Assembly (NCBI GenBank): GCA_018823385.1
Contig: JAHJIK010000049.1
Coordinates: forward strand, 1 to 28,846
DNA length: 28,846 nucleotides
DNA from: Patescibacteria group bacterium
Lineage (GTDB): Bacteria > Patescibacteriota > Minisyncoccia > Phycocordibacterales > Phycocordibacteraceae
Direction of reading: 5' to 3'
The notes under the pieces were generated by a model that saw only the letters and a program-made list of their open reading frames with translations, made no database searches and was not told the DNA's origin. The first letter of the stretch is position 1. Every line of letters begins with the position of its first letter. Position numbers and translations under genes: made by a program. This document shows positions 1-8,933 of the stretch, in pieces.

Positions 1-1410
<1,410 letters not shown>

Positions 1411-1416
1411 CGGACC

Positions 1417-1620
1417 GAGTCATTCGAGAGAATGCTCATTGTCGATGCCTGAGTGGCTGCATGTTGGGTGTCAGATTGTACAGAAGACTTGTCTTCAGTA
1501 CTCTTTGATTCCCGACATGCAGCCACCCAGAGCGGGAAATGGTACTTATCCCTAAATAGTACTCGGACGCCGGAACAACGCACCGGTGGCATCGGAAGTA
1601 TCAATTGAGCTTCTGATGTC
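1417..1620 (+). ncRNA. Highly structured 16S trailer / candidate ncRNA of unknown function
   Basis: GNRA-capped hairpin at 1417-1437; 14-16 bp stem 1453-1468/1511-1526 enclosing GAAGA-CTTG-TCTTC; CGATGCC 1443-1449 pairs with GGCATCG 1588-1594; a further stem at 1588-1620. Confidence 0.4.
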
Positions 1621-1679
1621 GAATAGGCGGAGCAAAAGAGTAGATTTCTCCTCGTTCCTTTTCTAGAAAGTATGAAGTT

Positions 1680-1731
1680 GAGCACAAGGCGGACTTTTTT
1701 CCTTCGGGAGAAAAGTCCGCCTTGTGCTTTA
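1680..1731 (+). terminator. Long hairpin terminator ending the 16S transcript
   Basis: AGCACAAGGCGGACTTTT-TTCC-TTCG-GGAG-AAAAGTCCGCCTTGTGCT: ~22 bp stem with a C(UUCG)G tetraloop, followed by TTT. Confidence 0.8.
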
Positions 1732-1762
1732 TCTACGTCTTAAAACTTCAGATTTATTTCAT

Positions 1763-1791
1763 TTGGCCGTGTCTTACTCAAAGTTTAGAAT
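1763..1791 (+). promoter_or_regulatory. sigma70-type promoter giving a near-leaderless mRNA
   Basis: TTGGCC (1763-1768), 17 nt, TAGAAT (1786-1791), 6 nt, ATG 1798; no SD. Confidence 0.6.
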
Positions 1792-1797
1792 GCATAT

Positions 1798-2163
1798 ATG
1801 GAAAAGGACGCACGAGAGAAGTTTGAACAAGTAGACGCGCGTTTTGATCAAATAGATAAGAAGTTCGAGGCCGTGGACGCTCGTTTTGATCAAATAAATG
1901 AGCGGTTCAGAGCCGTGGATGTTCGATTCGACGCTATAGACAGAAAATTTGATGCGTTATTTGAATATATGCAGAAGCAGTTCGCTTTTCTGCTAGAGAC
2001 CATGAATGAAGGTTTTGATAGACTGAGCGTACGGGCCACAAAGGCAGAGCTAAGGCTGGAGGATGTAGAGGAAAGAACCGGTATAGCTGAACGAGCTATT
2101 GATACAGATGCGGTGACTATAGTTGACCATGAACATCGAATTACCCGGCTTGAGGCGGCCTAG
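1798..2163 (+). CDS. Coiled-coil heptad-repeat hypothetical protein (121 aa)
   Basis: Three 14-aa repeats (FExVDARFDxIDxK-like; 42-nt period at 1831/1873/1915), then a heptad-patterned C-terminus; promoter directly upstream. Confidence 0.75.
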   Translation: MEKDAREKFEQVDARFDQIDKKFEAVDARFDQINERFRAVDVRFDAIDRKFDALFEYMQKQFAFLLETMNEGFDRLSVRATKAELRLEDVEERTGIAERAIDTDAVTIVDHEHRITRLEAA

Positions 2164-2207
2164 GGAAAACTGGAACTCAAGACACATTTCTGGTACTATC
2201 CCGATAC

Positions 2208-2280
2208 GCAAGTGTAGCTCAGTTGGTAGAGCACTCGACTGATACTCGAGCGGTCGTAGGTTCGAATCCTACCACTTGCA
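2208..2280 (+). tRNA. tRNA-Ile (GAU), CCA not encoded
   Basis: Acceptor GCAAGTG/CACTTGC + A73; D arm GCTC/GAGC; anticodon stem CTCGA/TCGAG with loop CT-GAT-AC; T arm GTAGG-TTCGAAT-CCTAC. Confidence 0.95.
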
Positions 2281-2286
2281 CCCACA

Positions 2287-2313
2287 GAAAGCCGCGGCAT
2301 TGCCGCGGCTTTC
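2287..2313 (+). terminator. Intrinsic terminator after tRNA-Ile (symmetric, possibly bidirectional)
   Basis: GAAAGCCGCGGC-ATT-GCCGCGGCTTTC perfect inverted repeat. Confidence 0.75.
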
Positions 2314-2328
2314 GGCTATACTATACGC

Positions 2329-2871
2329 ATGCGAGACACACTCATTATCCTAGGTATTTGTATAGCAGCATTTGTCGTTGGTGGTTATTTATACATTAAC
2401 AACGTCGGCCCTGCGGCCACAGAGATACCAGAACTTGGTGCGACGGCTGCAACACCTGAACTGGTGACGGAAACAGCAGGACCAGTATCATTCAGTGTAA
2501 TTAGTCAGGGTACGCGTGCGTCAGGTATTTCAGACAGGAAGAACTTCGCCGTTAGAAGTGAGTTGGCATTCGAAGATTTGTGGCAAAAAGTACACGGGGA
2601 AGATGGAGAGGCTCTTCCGAAAGTTGCTTTTGATCAGTACCAGGTGATTGGAGTGTTTGCCGGAATCAAGTCAAGTGGCGGGTATGCAATTTCAGTTGTT
2701 TCAGTAAAGGACACCGATACTGAACGGGCCGTCACCATTGCCATCACATCCCCAGGAGAGGGGTGTTCGGTCACTCAAGCCCTCACAAACCCATACCAGC
2801 TGATTAAGCTGCCGGCCAGCAATCTGCCGCTAACACGAGAGTACATAGAGGAGATACGTCCGTGCTCATAA
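2329..2871 (+). CDS. Membrane-anchored protein with PrcB C-terminal-like domain
   Basis: N-terminal hydrophobic helix, then the PrcB_C-like motifs VDF/AF..vIGVFAG.KSSGGYAISVVSV and TQALTNPYQLIKLP; TATACT 6 nt before the ATG. Confidence 0.7.
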   Translation: MRDTLIILGICIAAFVVGGYLYINNVGPAATEIPELGATAATPELVTETAGPVSFSVISQGTRASGISDRKNFAVRSELAFEDLWQKVHGEDGEALPKVAFDQYQVIGVFAGIKSSGGYAISVVSVKDTDTERAVTIAITSPGEGCSVTQALTNPYQLIKLPASNLPLTREYIEEIRPCS

Positions 2872-2906
2872 TTCAGTTTCTGGCCCAGATGCGATAGGAT
2901 GCATCA

Positions 2907-4208
2907 ATGGAGATTGGAGACCGATTCACCGGGAAAAAGATAACCGTAATGGGGCTTGGTCTGTTGGGCCGAGCTCGTGGAGATGCGCTATTCTTGGCAC
3001 GCCACGGCGCTGAGCTCATTATTACGGATCTTAAGTCTGAAGAGCAGCTGGCGTCATCGATAGCTGAGTTTTCAGCATTCCCAAGTGTTCGTTTTGTACT
3101 AGGGGAACACCGTATTGAAGATTTCAAAGGAAGAGACTTTGTCCTAAAAGCAGCTGGTGTACCCAATGATTCTATATATCTGCAGACGGCGAGAGAGGAA
3201 GGAACTCCTGTTGTTATGAGCGCATCATGGTTTGCTGAAGTGTCGGGTGTACGCGTACTAGGTATTACCGGTACACGCGGCAAGTCAACGGTGACCCACA
3301 TGCTGAATGCAATATTTGAGAAAGCTGGAAGAAAAGTACTTCTAGGCGGTAACGTACAGGGAGTTTCAACACTTGCATTTTTGGATGAGGTGACGCCGGA
3401 ACATGTCGCTATCCTCGAGCTCGACTCTTGGCAGCTGCAAGGTTTTGGTGAGGCAAAGATGAGTCCTCATCTTTCAGTGTTCACCACTTTCTTTCCCGAT
3501 CACCTCAACTACTACCCCTCAATGGAGGAATACCTGGCCGACAAGGCAAGTATCTTTTTGTATCAAAAACCAGGCGAGACATTAGTGCTGGGGGCGCAGG
3601 CGGAACCACTCGTAACTCCAACATATGGGGACGTGATACCTTCTTCTGTTCAGGTGGTGGCCGAAACCGATTTACCAAGTGACTGGACTCTCCGTGTTCT
3701 GGGAGCGCACAACCGATATAATGCGGCTCTCGCACGTGCAGCAGCGCTTGTTGAGGGAATAGACGAAACAGTGATTCGAGCGGCTCTTGAGGGCTTTGGT
3801 GGGGTTCCAGGACGCCTTGAATTGGTGCGATCGATTAACGGTATTGAGGTATATAACGATACAAACTCCACAACGCCAGACGCCACTCTTGCAGCTATTC
3901 AGGCCCTAACTGAAGCAGGCAAACCAATCATCCTCATTATGGGCGGGTCTGATAAGGGAATAGATATGCAGCCACTTATTGCAAAACTGCCCGACCTCAA
4001 AAAGGTGGTACTGCTCGCAGGAACAGGCTCAGAGAAGATCGGTGGGGATATGAAGACTACACTTGAGGCAGCGGTAGACGAGGCTTTTCTCCATGCTGCG
4101 CCAGGCGACGCCATATTGTTCAGTCCGGCGTTTGCCTCTTTTGGAATGTTCACAAACGAGTATGATAGGGGAGAGAAATTCAATAGCTATATAGATACAA
4201 AAGCATGA
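2907..4208 (+). CDS. murD: UDP-N-acetylmuramoyl-L-alanine--D-glutamate ligase
   Basis: N-terminal VMGLGLLG, P-loop GITGTRGKST, ELDSWQL, DHLNYY, YNDTNSTTP and C-terminal LFSPAFASFGMF.NEYDRG, all typical of MurD. Confidence 0.95.
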   Translation: MEIGDRFTGKKITVMGLGLLGRARGDALFLARHGAELIITDLKSEEQLASSIAEFSAFPSVRFVLGEHRIEDFKGRDFVLKAAGVPNDSIYLQTAREEGTPVVMSASWFAEVSGVRVLGITGTRGKSTVTHMLNAIFEKAGRKVLLGGNVQGVSTLAFLDEVTPEHVAILELDSWQLQGFGEAKMSPHLSVFTTFFPDHLNYYPSMEEYLADKASIFLYQKPGETLVLGAQAEPLVTPTYGDVIPSSVQVVAETDLPSDWTLRVLGAHNRYNAALARAAALVEGIDETVIRAALEGFGGVPGRLELVRSINGIEVYNDTNSTTPDATLAAIQALTEAGKPIILIMGGSDKGIDMQPLIAKLPDLKKVVLLAGTGSEKIGGDMKTTLEAAVDEAFLHAAPGDAILFSPAFASFGMFTNEYDRGEKFNSYIDTKA

Positions 4209-5476
4209 GAAAAATACACTTTACCGGTATCGGAGGAATTGGGATGTCAGCACTCGCGCAGCTGTTACAGGAGCGTGGTGATGAAATTGTGGGAACCGAT
4301 CGTTCAGCAAGTCCCGTAACAGAGATGCTGGAAGAGAAGGGTGTCAGTGTCATCGTTGGACAGAAGGCAGTGAATGTATCTGAAGATACCGACATGTTGG
4401 TGTATAGCGATGCGGTACCGGAAGATAACGTGGAGCGTGCGCGCGCATCTGAACTTGGTATTCCACAGCTATCGTATTTCAAAATGCTTGGAACGGTATC
4501 GGGTATGAAGCGGACGGTCGCAATTGCAGGAACACATGGGAAGACGACAACAACTGGAATGCTGGCGAAGATTCTGAAGGATGCGGGAGCATCACCAACA
4601 GCGGTAGTGGGTTCAATTGTGCAGGACTTTGGAAGCAACTATCTATCAGGAACCTCTGATCTATTTGTCGTTGAAGCCTGTGAATATGAACGTCACTTCC
4701 TTGAGTTATCTCCTGAAATACTGGTAATCACCAACATAGAGTTCGATCACACTGACTACTATGACGACCTTGCTGATGTACAGGATGCGTTCCGGTCTCT
4801 CATTAAGAAGCTCCCATCTAACGGGGTCATTGTTACCGATGTAGAGAACTCAAATATTCAACCGTTGCTTGAGGACACTAATCTGCAGGTGGTGGACTAT
4901 ATGTCTGAGCCTGAATACTCTCTCATACTGCCTGGTGACTTCAATGTCATGAATGCTCGAGCAGCAGCTGCAGCCGCAAAGATTGCGTTTCCTAAGGTGT
5001 CGGCGTCAACAATTAGTGAGTCACTGAAAACATTTAGAGGTACCTGGCGTCGTTTTGAATATAAAGGAACGACAGAAAGTGGTGCAGAAGTATACGACGA
5101 CTACGCACATCACCCAACCGCTATTAAAGAAACAATTCGCGCGGCAAAGGGGAAGGTGAATGGGCGAATTATTGTTGCATTCCATCCGCACTTGTATAGT
5201 CGTACACGAGACCTCATCGATGGGTTCTCACGTGCATTTGCTGGGGCAGATGACGTCGTGATTGCACCAATCTTTGCTGCACGCGAAATTGATGACGGTA
5301 CCATTTCATCTGAGATTCTAGCTGATCGAATTGTAGCTGAAGGGGTCAAAGCGCATGCAGAAGACTCACTTGAAGCGGTTGAGGCATACCTCCGCAAAGA
5401 ATTGAAAGAAGGTGACACTCTTATCACCATGGGGGCGGGTGATATATACAAAGTTGCAGAGGCGTTAGTGAAATAG
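4205..5476 (+). CDS. murC: UDP-N-acetylmuramate--L-alanine ligase
   Basis: HFTGIGGIGMSALA, AGTHGKTTTT, VVEACEY, TNIEFDH.DYY, RRFE, DDYAHHPT, FHPHLYSRT, TMGAGDI; ATGA overlap with murD. Confidence 0.96.
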   Translation: MRKIHFTGIGGIGMSALAQLLQERGDEIVGTDRSASPVTEMLEEKGVSVIVGQKAVNVSEDTDMLVYSDAVPEDNVERARASELGIPQLSYFKMLGTVSGMKRTVAIAGTHGKTTTTGMLAKILKDAGASPTAVVGSIVQDFGSNYLSGTSDLFVVEACEYERHFLELSPEILVITNIEFDHTDYYDDLADVQDAFRSLIKKLPSNGVIVTDVENSNIQPLLEDTNLQVVDYMSEPEYSLILPGDFNVMNARAAAAAAKIAFPKVSASTISESLKTFRGTWRRFEYKGTTESGAEVYDDYAHHPTAIKETIRAAKGKVNGRIIVAFHPHLYSRTRDLIDGFSRAFAGADDVVIAPIFAAREIDDGTISSEILADRIVAEGVKAHAEDSLEAVEAYLRKELKEGDTLITMGAGDIYKVAEALVK

Positions 5477-5494
5477 CTAAAGCATTTACAAAGT

Positions 5495-5529
5495 AAGAAC
5501 GTATGGTACTGTGTGCCTACGTTCTTTTT
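5495..5529 (+). terminator. Terminator after murD-murC, overlapping a possible promoter for the next gene
   Basis: AAGAACGTA-t-GGTAC-TGT-GTGCC-TACGTTCTT followed by TTT. TTTACA (5485-5490) and TG-G-TACTGT (5504-5512) overlap it. Confidence 0.65.
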
Positions 5530-5559
5530 GTGTTCATATAGCGAGAAAGGAGGTGCTTC

Positions 5560-6108
5560 GTGCGCCAATCGATAATACTGGTTATTGCGGCCGGTCTCAC
5601 CTGGGACCATGGCAAACCGGCTTTGGACTCTGAGTCCAGGAGAGTCTGTGAAGAGGCCGCTCGACTCGCCAAAGAGATTTCGGACGCGATCCTTTACTGC
5701 ACAGCCGGAGTTGCGACTGAGTATGAGTCGGTTATCATGTCGCGGTTGATGAAAGAGTATCTCATCAAGTGTGGTGCTTCCCCGGCCAGGACCTTGGATT
5801 ATTGTGCGCCAAATTTCACCACAGTCGGCGAGGCACGGTGCTTCTGGGAGTCTGTTCTCAAGGAATGGAGAGGGGACGACTACAGTGATTACATGGTGTA
5901 TGTCGTCGCACGTTCCTGGCATGCTCCCCGAGTCGAACTTGTAATGTGGTCGACTGTTCCGCGACCGCTCTTGAATCATGTTGTCATTCGCATGGTTCAT
6001 GCCGTGTCGGAAGAATGGCACTTTGAAAAGCGTCTCGAATGGCTTCGTTGGCTGAAAGGTTTTCGGCATGTCATGTTTGGCTTTTGGAGACAGTTTCGCT
6101 TTCAGTGA
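5560..6108 (+). CDS. Divergent DUF218 (YdcF/ElyC/SanA-like) protein
   Basis: CTAG...IMSRLMKEYLIKCG...FTTVGEA...YVVARSWHAPRV resembles the DUF218 motifs (TGG..E...M..yL...G, s.nT.enA, vVTs.wHmpRa). GTG start with SD AAAGGAGGT at 5546-5554. Confidence 0.65.
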   Translation: MRQSIILVIAAGLTWDHGKPALDSESRRVCEEAARLAKEISDAILYCTAGVATEYESVIMSRLMKEYLIKCGASPARTLDYCAPNFTTVGEARCFWESVLKEWRGDDYSDYMVYVVARSWHAPRVELVMWSTVPRPLLNHVVIRMVHAVSEEWHFEKRLEWLRWLKGFRHVMFGFWRQFRFQ

Positions 6109-6136
6109 TCGCAGCGCATCAAGAGGGGTCAAATAC

Positions 6137-6171
6137 GCGACGGGGTCTTACAAACCCCGTCGCTTTTCTTT
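6137..6171 (+). terminator. Intrinsic terminator
   Basis: GCGACGGGGT-CTTACAA-ACCCCGTCGC followed by TTTTCTTT. Confidence 0.8.
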
Positions 6172-6200
6172 TAGTACGTAACCAAGTAGTCTTTGCATAT

Positions 6201-6881
6201 ATGGGAACACTTTCAGTAGTAGCAACACCAATAGGGAACTTGGGAGACATCACACTTCGAGCTATCGACGTGCTGAAGTCCTGTGACGCCATCGCCTGTG
6301 AAGACACGCGCGTAACTGCGAAGCTCCTTGCTCGTTTTGAAATCCAGAAGCCGCTTCTCGTATATCATGCGCGCAGTGGGCGAATTGCTTCGACTCGTAT
6401 TCTGCAAGGTCTTTCTGAAGGGAAACACATTGCGCTTGTTACAGACGCCGGAACACCAGGTATTTCAGATCCGGGCAGTGAGCTGGTTCGCGAGGTTCGT
6501 GAACGTCTTGGGGACGAAGTTCGTATTGATGCAATACCAGGGCCCTCTGCTCTCGGCGCAGCACTTTCAATTGCAGGAGTTCCCACACATGAGTTTGTAT
6601 TCTATGGATTCCTTCCGCACAAAAAAGGACGCCAGACGCTTCTAAAAGAAATATCTGAGAGCGAGCGAACCTCTATTTTTTATGAATCTCCACACCGCAT
6701 TGAGAAAGCGCTTGCGTCACTTGCTGAGCTGCTGTCAGAGAATAAGAAGGTGACTGTGTTGCGAGAATTGACGAAAATGCACGAGACCGTCGTTGCTGGA
6801 ACGGCAGAAGAAATGGCAGCACATTTCACTTCGCATCCTGGTGAAGTACGCGGAGAATTTGTGGTGATAGTTTCTGCCTGA
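6201..6881 (+). CDS. rsmI: 16S rRNA (cytidine1402-2'-O)-methyltransferase; start at 6201 rather than 6039
   Basis: MGTLSVVATPIGNLGDITLRAIDVL, IACEDTRVT, LVTDAGTPGISDPG, IPGPSA, GFLPHKKGR, FYESPHR, RELTKMHE, RGEFVVIV. Confidence 0.95.
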   Translation: MGTLSVVATPIGNLGDITLRAIDVLKSCDAIACEDTRVTAKLLARFEIQKPLLVYHARSGRIASTRILQGLSEGKHIALVTDAGTPGISDPGSELVREVRERLGDEVRIDAIPGPSALGAALSIAGVPTHEFVFYGFLPHKKGRQTLLKEISESERTSIFYESPHRIEKALASLAELLSENKKVTVLRELTKMHETVVAGTAEEMAAHFTSHPGEVRGEFVVIVSA

Positions 6882-6893
6882 TACACTCAAAGA

Positions 6894-7083
6894 ATGTCGC
6901 GTGAAAGTGTACTTATCTTACTTGGTGTACTAACTGCTTTTTCTCCTTTTTCTGGATTACCAATTGCGTGGTTGCTCTGGATACTTCCTGTCGTTGGTGT
7001 GTGTCGTTATAATCGGCATTTCTTTTAAACTACAAAAGCTTCTTGCGCCAATATCTGCTACGGACGAAGAGAATGTTGCATAG
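6894..7083 (+). pseudogene. Small two-helix membrane protein gene with an apparent frameshift in a (GT)4 tract; absent from the ORF track
   Basis: MSRESVLILLGVLTAFSPFSGLPIAWLLWILPVVGVC, then a stop at 7026-7028. The hydrophobic reading continues in another frame (VVIIGISFKLQKLL...ENVA, TAG 7081-7083). TG-A-TACACT lies 6 nt before the ATG. Confidence 0.6.
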
Positions 7084-7187
7084 GTACCTAACACGGCTCT
7101 ATAACTTTCTCAGCTTTATTTTATTTTCACCACATATTCTATGTATGACGTGCTCGTCATACTAGTCACGCGGTATACTGAATGGTA

Positions 7188-8933
7188 ATGGAGAACCCGG
7201 ATAGAGTTACATACTTTGCAGCGACAGACTCGCGTGGCAAAAAAGTACCGTTTGGTATCAAAGCAGAAGATCGGACGAAACACATGTACGTCATCGGGAA
7301 GACGGGAATGGGTAAGTCGACGATGCTTGAGAACCTCGCCATTCAGGATATCCGCAACGGAGAGGGTCTTGCATTCATTGATCCGCACGGCAGCACTGCT
7401 GAGAAGCTTTTGGAGTATGTTCCAAAGGAGAGAATTAAGGATGTGGTGTACTTTGCACCGTTTGATCTTGATAACCCAATTGCCTTCAACGTGATGGAGG
7501 ATGTGGGATACGACAAGCGTCACCTGGTTGTGTCTGGCCTTATGGCGACCTTCAAGAAGATTTGGGTTGATGCGTGGAGTGCCCGAATGGAGTACATCCT
7601 TACCAATACACTTCTGGCACTTCTTGAGTACCCGGGCGCAACTCTTCTTGGTGTGAACCGAATGTACACGGATAAAGGGTATCGAAAGAAAGTGGTGGAG
7701 AATATTAAGGATCCGGTAGTGAAGGATTTCTGGATTAAAGAGTTTGCAACCTATACTGACCGGTACACACAGGAGGCAACACCGGCTATCCAGAACAAGA
7801 TTGGTCAGTTCACCTCAAATCCGCTGATTCGAAACATTATCGGACAGCCGACATCGTCCTTCGACATTCGAGATGCGATGGATAACAAGAAGATCATTAT
7901 CATCAATCTTTCAAAGGGATTGGTAGGTGAGGTTAATATGCGTCTCTTGGGTAGTATGCTTACGACCCGTATGTTCTTGGGAGCAATGAGTCGAGCTGAT
8001 GTGGGGCCTATGGACATGAAGAAGCTTCCTAACTTCTACTTCTACGTGGATGAGTTCCAGAACTTTGCGAACGAAACCTTTGCTGAGATTTTGTCTGAGG
8101 CTCGTAAGTACAAATTGAACCTCATTATCGCTCACCAGTATGTTGAACAAATGGAAGAAGAAGTGCGTGCCGCGGTATTTGGTAACGTAGGTACGACTGT
8201 TGCGTTCCGAGTAGGACCATTCGATGCAGAGGTTTTGGAGACAGTATTCTCACCCGAATTCTTGAAAGAAGATTTAGTGAATCTTGGATTCGCCCAGATC
8301 TATCTTTCGCTCATGATTAATGGTGTGGGGTCTCGACCATTTTCCGCCGTTACAATTCCACCAATTGAAGCGCCTGCGCATTCATACAAGAGTGATGTAG
8401 TTGAGTCGTCGAGAAAAACATATGCCAACAAGCGATCGGTAATCGAGCAGGCTATCTTGGCTGAACTTGAAGAAATGTTGGCAGCGCCGCCTCCTGATCC
8501 CGTTAAGCCATCATACAAAAAAGCGCCACCAGCATCGTCTCGACCGGCAGAACGTTCTGCGCCTAGACCTGAACAGCGTGAGCAGTCGCAGCGTCCACGG
8601 ACTGACGAGCCAAAGCGGAATACCACAGAGCGGCCTCGCGAGAGGGAAGCTAAAGTGCAATCTACACCTCCTCAAAAAACCGCAGAGGATTTACGTTCAA
8701 TCTTGAAGACCATGACCACTTCAACGGAACAGGGACGGAAAAAGGTTGATGAAAAGAACAAATCATCTCTAAAGGGAGCACTGTCTGAAGTGCTAAAAGA
8801 TGCTCCAAAGCAGGAACCTAAGCGACCTCCTCAAGAGCAAAAGCATACCCCGCGAGACTCTGCTCCAAAAGCGCCGGCACCGTTTGAAATTCCCGAAGAC
8901 ACATTACGAGCTATCTTTAAAGAAGATGTATAG
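7188..8933 (+). CDS. TrwB/TraG/VirD4-like (FtsK-HerA superfamily) ATPase of the CPR 'type IV secretion DNA-binding domain' type; alternative start 7182
   Basis: Walker A GKTGMGKS, FIDPHG, Walker B FYVDEFQNFA, LSEARKYKLNLIIAHQY; no N-terminal TM helix; ~150-aa charged, Pro-rich disordered tail. Confidence 0.88.
   Translation: MENPDRVTYFAATDSRGKKVPFGIKAEDRTKHMYVIGKTGMGKSTMLENLAIQDIRNGEGLAFIDPHGSTAEKLLEYVPKERIKDVVYFAPFDLDNPIAFNVMEDVGYDKRHLVVSGLMATFKKIWVDAWSARMEYILTNTLLALLEYPGATLLGVNRMYTDKGYRKKVVENIKDPVVKDFWIKEFATYTDRYTQEATPAIQNKIGQFTSNPLIRNIIGQPTSSFDIRDAMDNKKIIIINLSKGLVGEVNMRLLGSMLTTRMFLGAMSRADVGPMDMKKLPNFYFYVDEFQNFANETFAEILSEARKYKLNLIIAHQYVEQMEEEVRAAVFGNVGTTVAFRVGPFDAEVLETVFSPEFLKEDLVNLGFAQIYLSLMINGVGSRPFSAVTIPPIEAPAHSYKSDVVESSRKTYANKRSVIEQAILAELEEMLAAPPPDPVKPSYKKAPPASSRPAERSAPRPEQREQSQRPRTDEPKRNTTERPREREAKVQSTPPQKTAEDLRSILKTMTTSTEQGRKKVDEKNKSSLKGALSEVLKDAPKQEPKRPPQEQKHTPRDSAPKAPAPFEIPEDTLRAIFKEDV

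Noticed and set aside
1822-1950. CRISPR-like repeats
   Set aside because: The repeats are in-frame, degenerate at wobble positions and lack unique spacers; no cas genes.
2208-2313. tRNA-Ile as an integration site
   Set aside because: I saw no duplicated tRNA 3' end and no integrase in the window.
5110-6132. 340-aa minus-strand ORF
   Set aside because: It is an antisense shadow of murC and the DUF218-like gene; no recognisable motifs or start signals.
6039-6200. Upstream start extensions in the ORF track (rsmI 6039; likewise 8800, 10169, 10998, 15417, 16039, 22370)
   Set aside because: The extensions cross terminators or upstream genes. Family N-termini and stop/start coupling support the downstream ATGs.
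7188-8933. Conjugative element or ICE
   Set aside because: No relaxase, VirB4, mating-pair genes, integrase or att repeats; the flanks are housekeeping genes.
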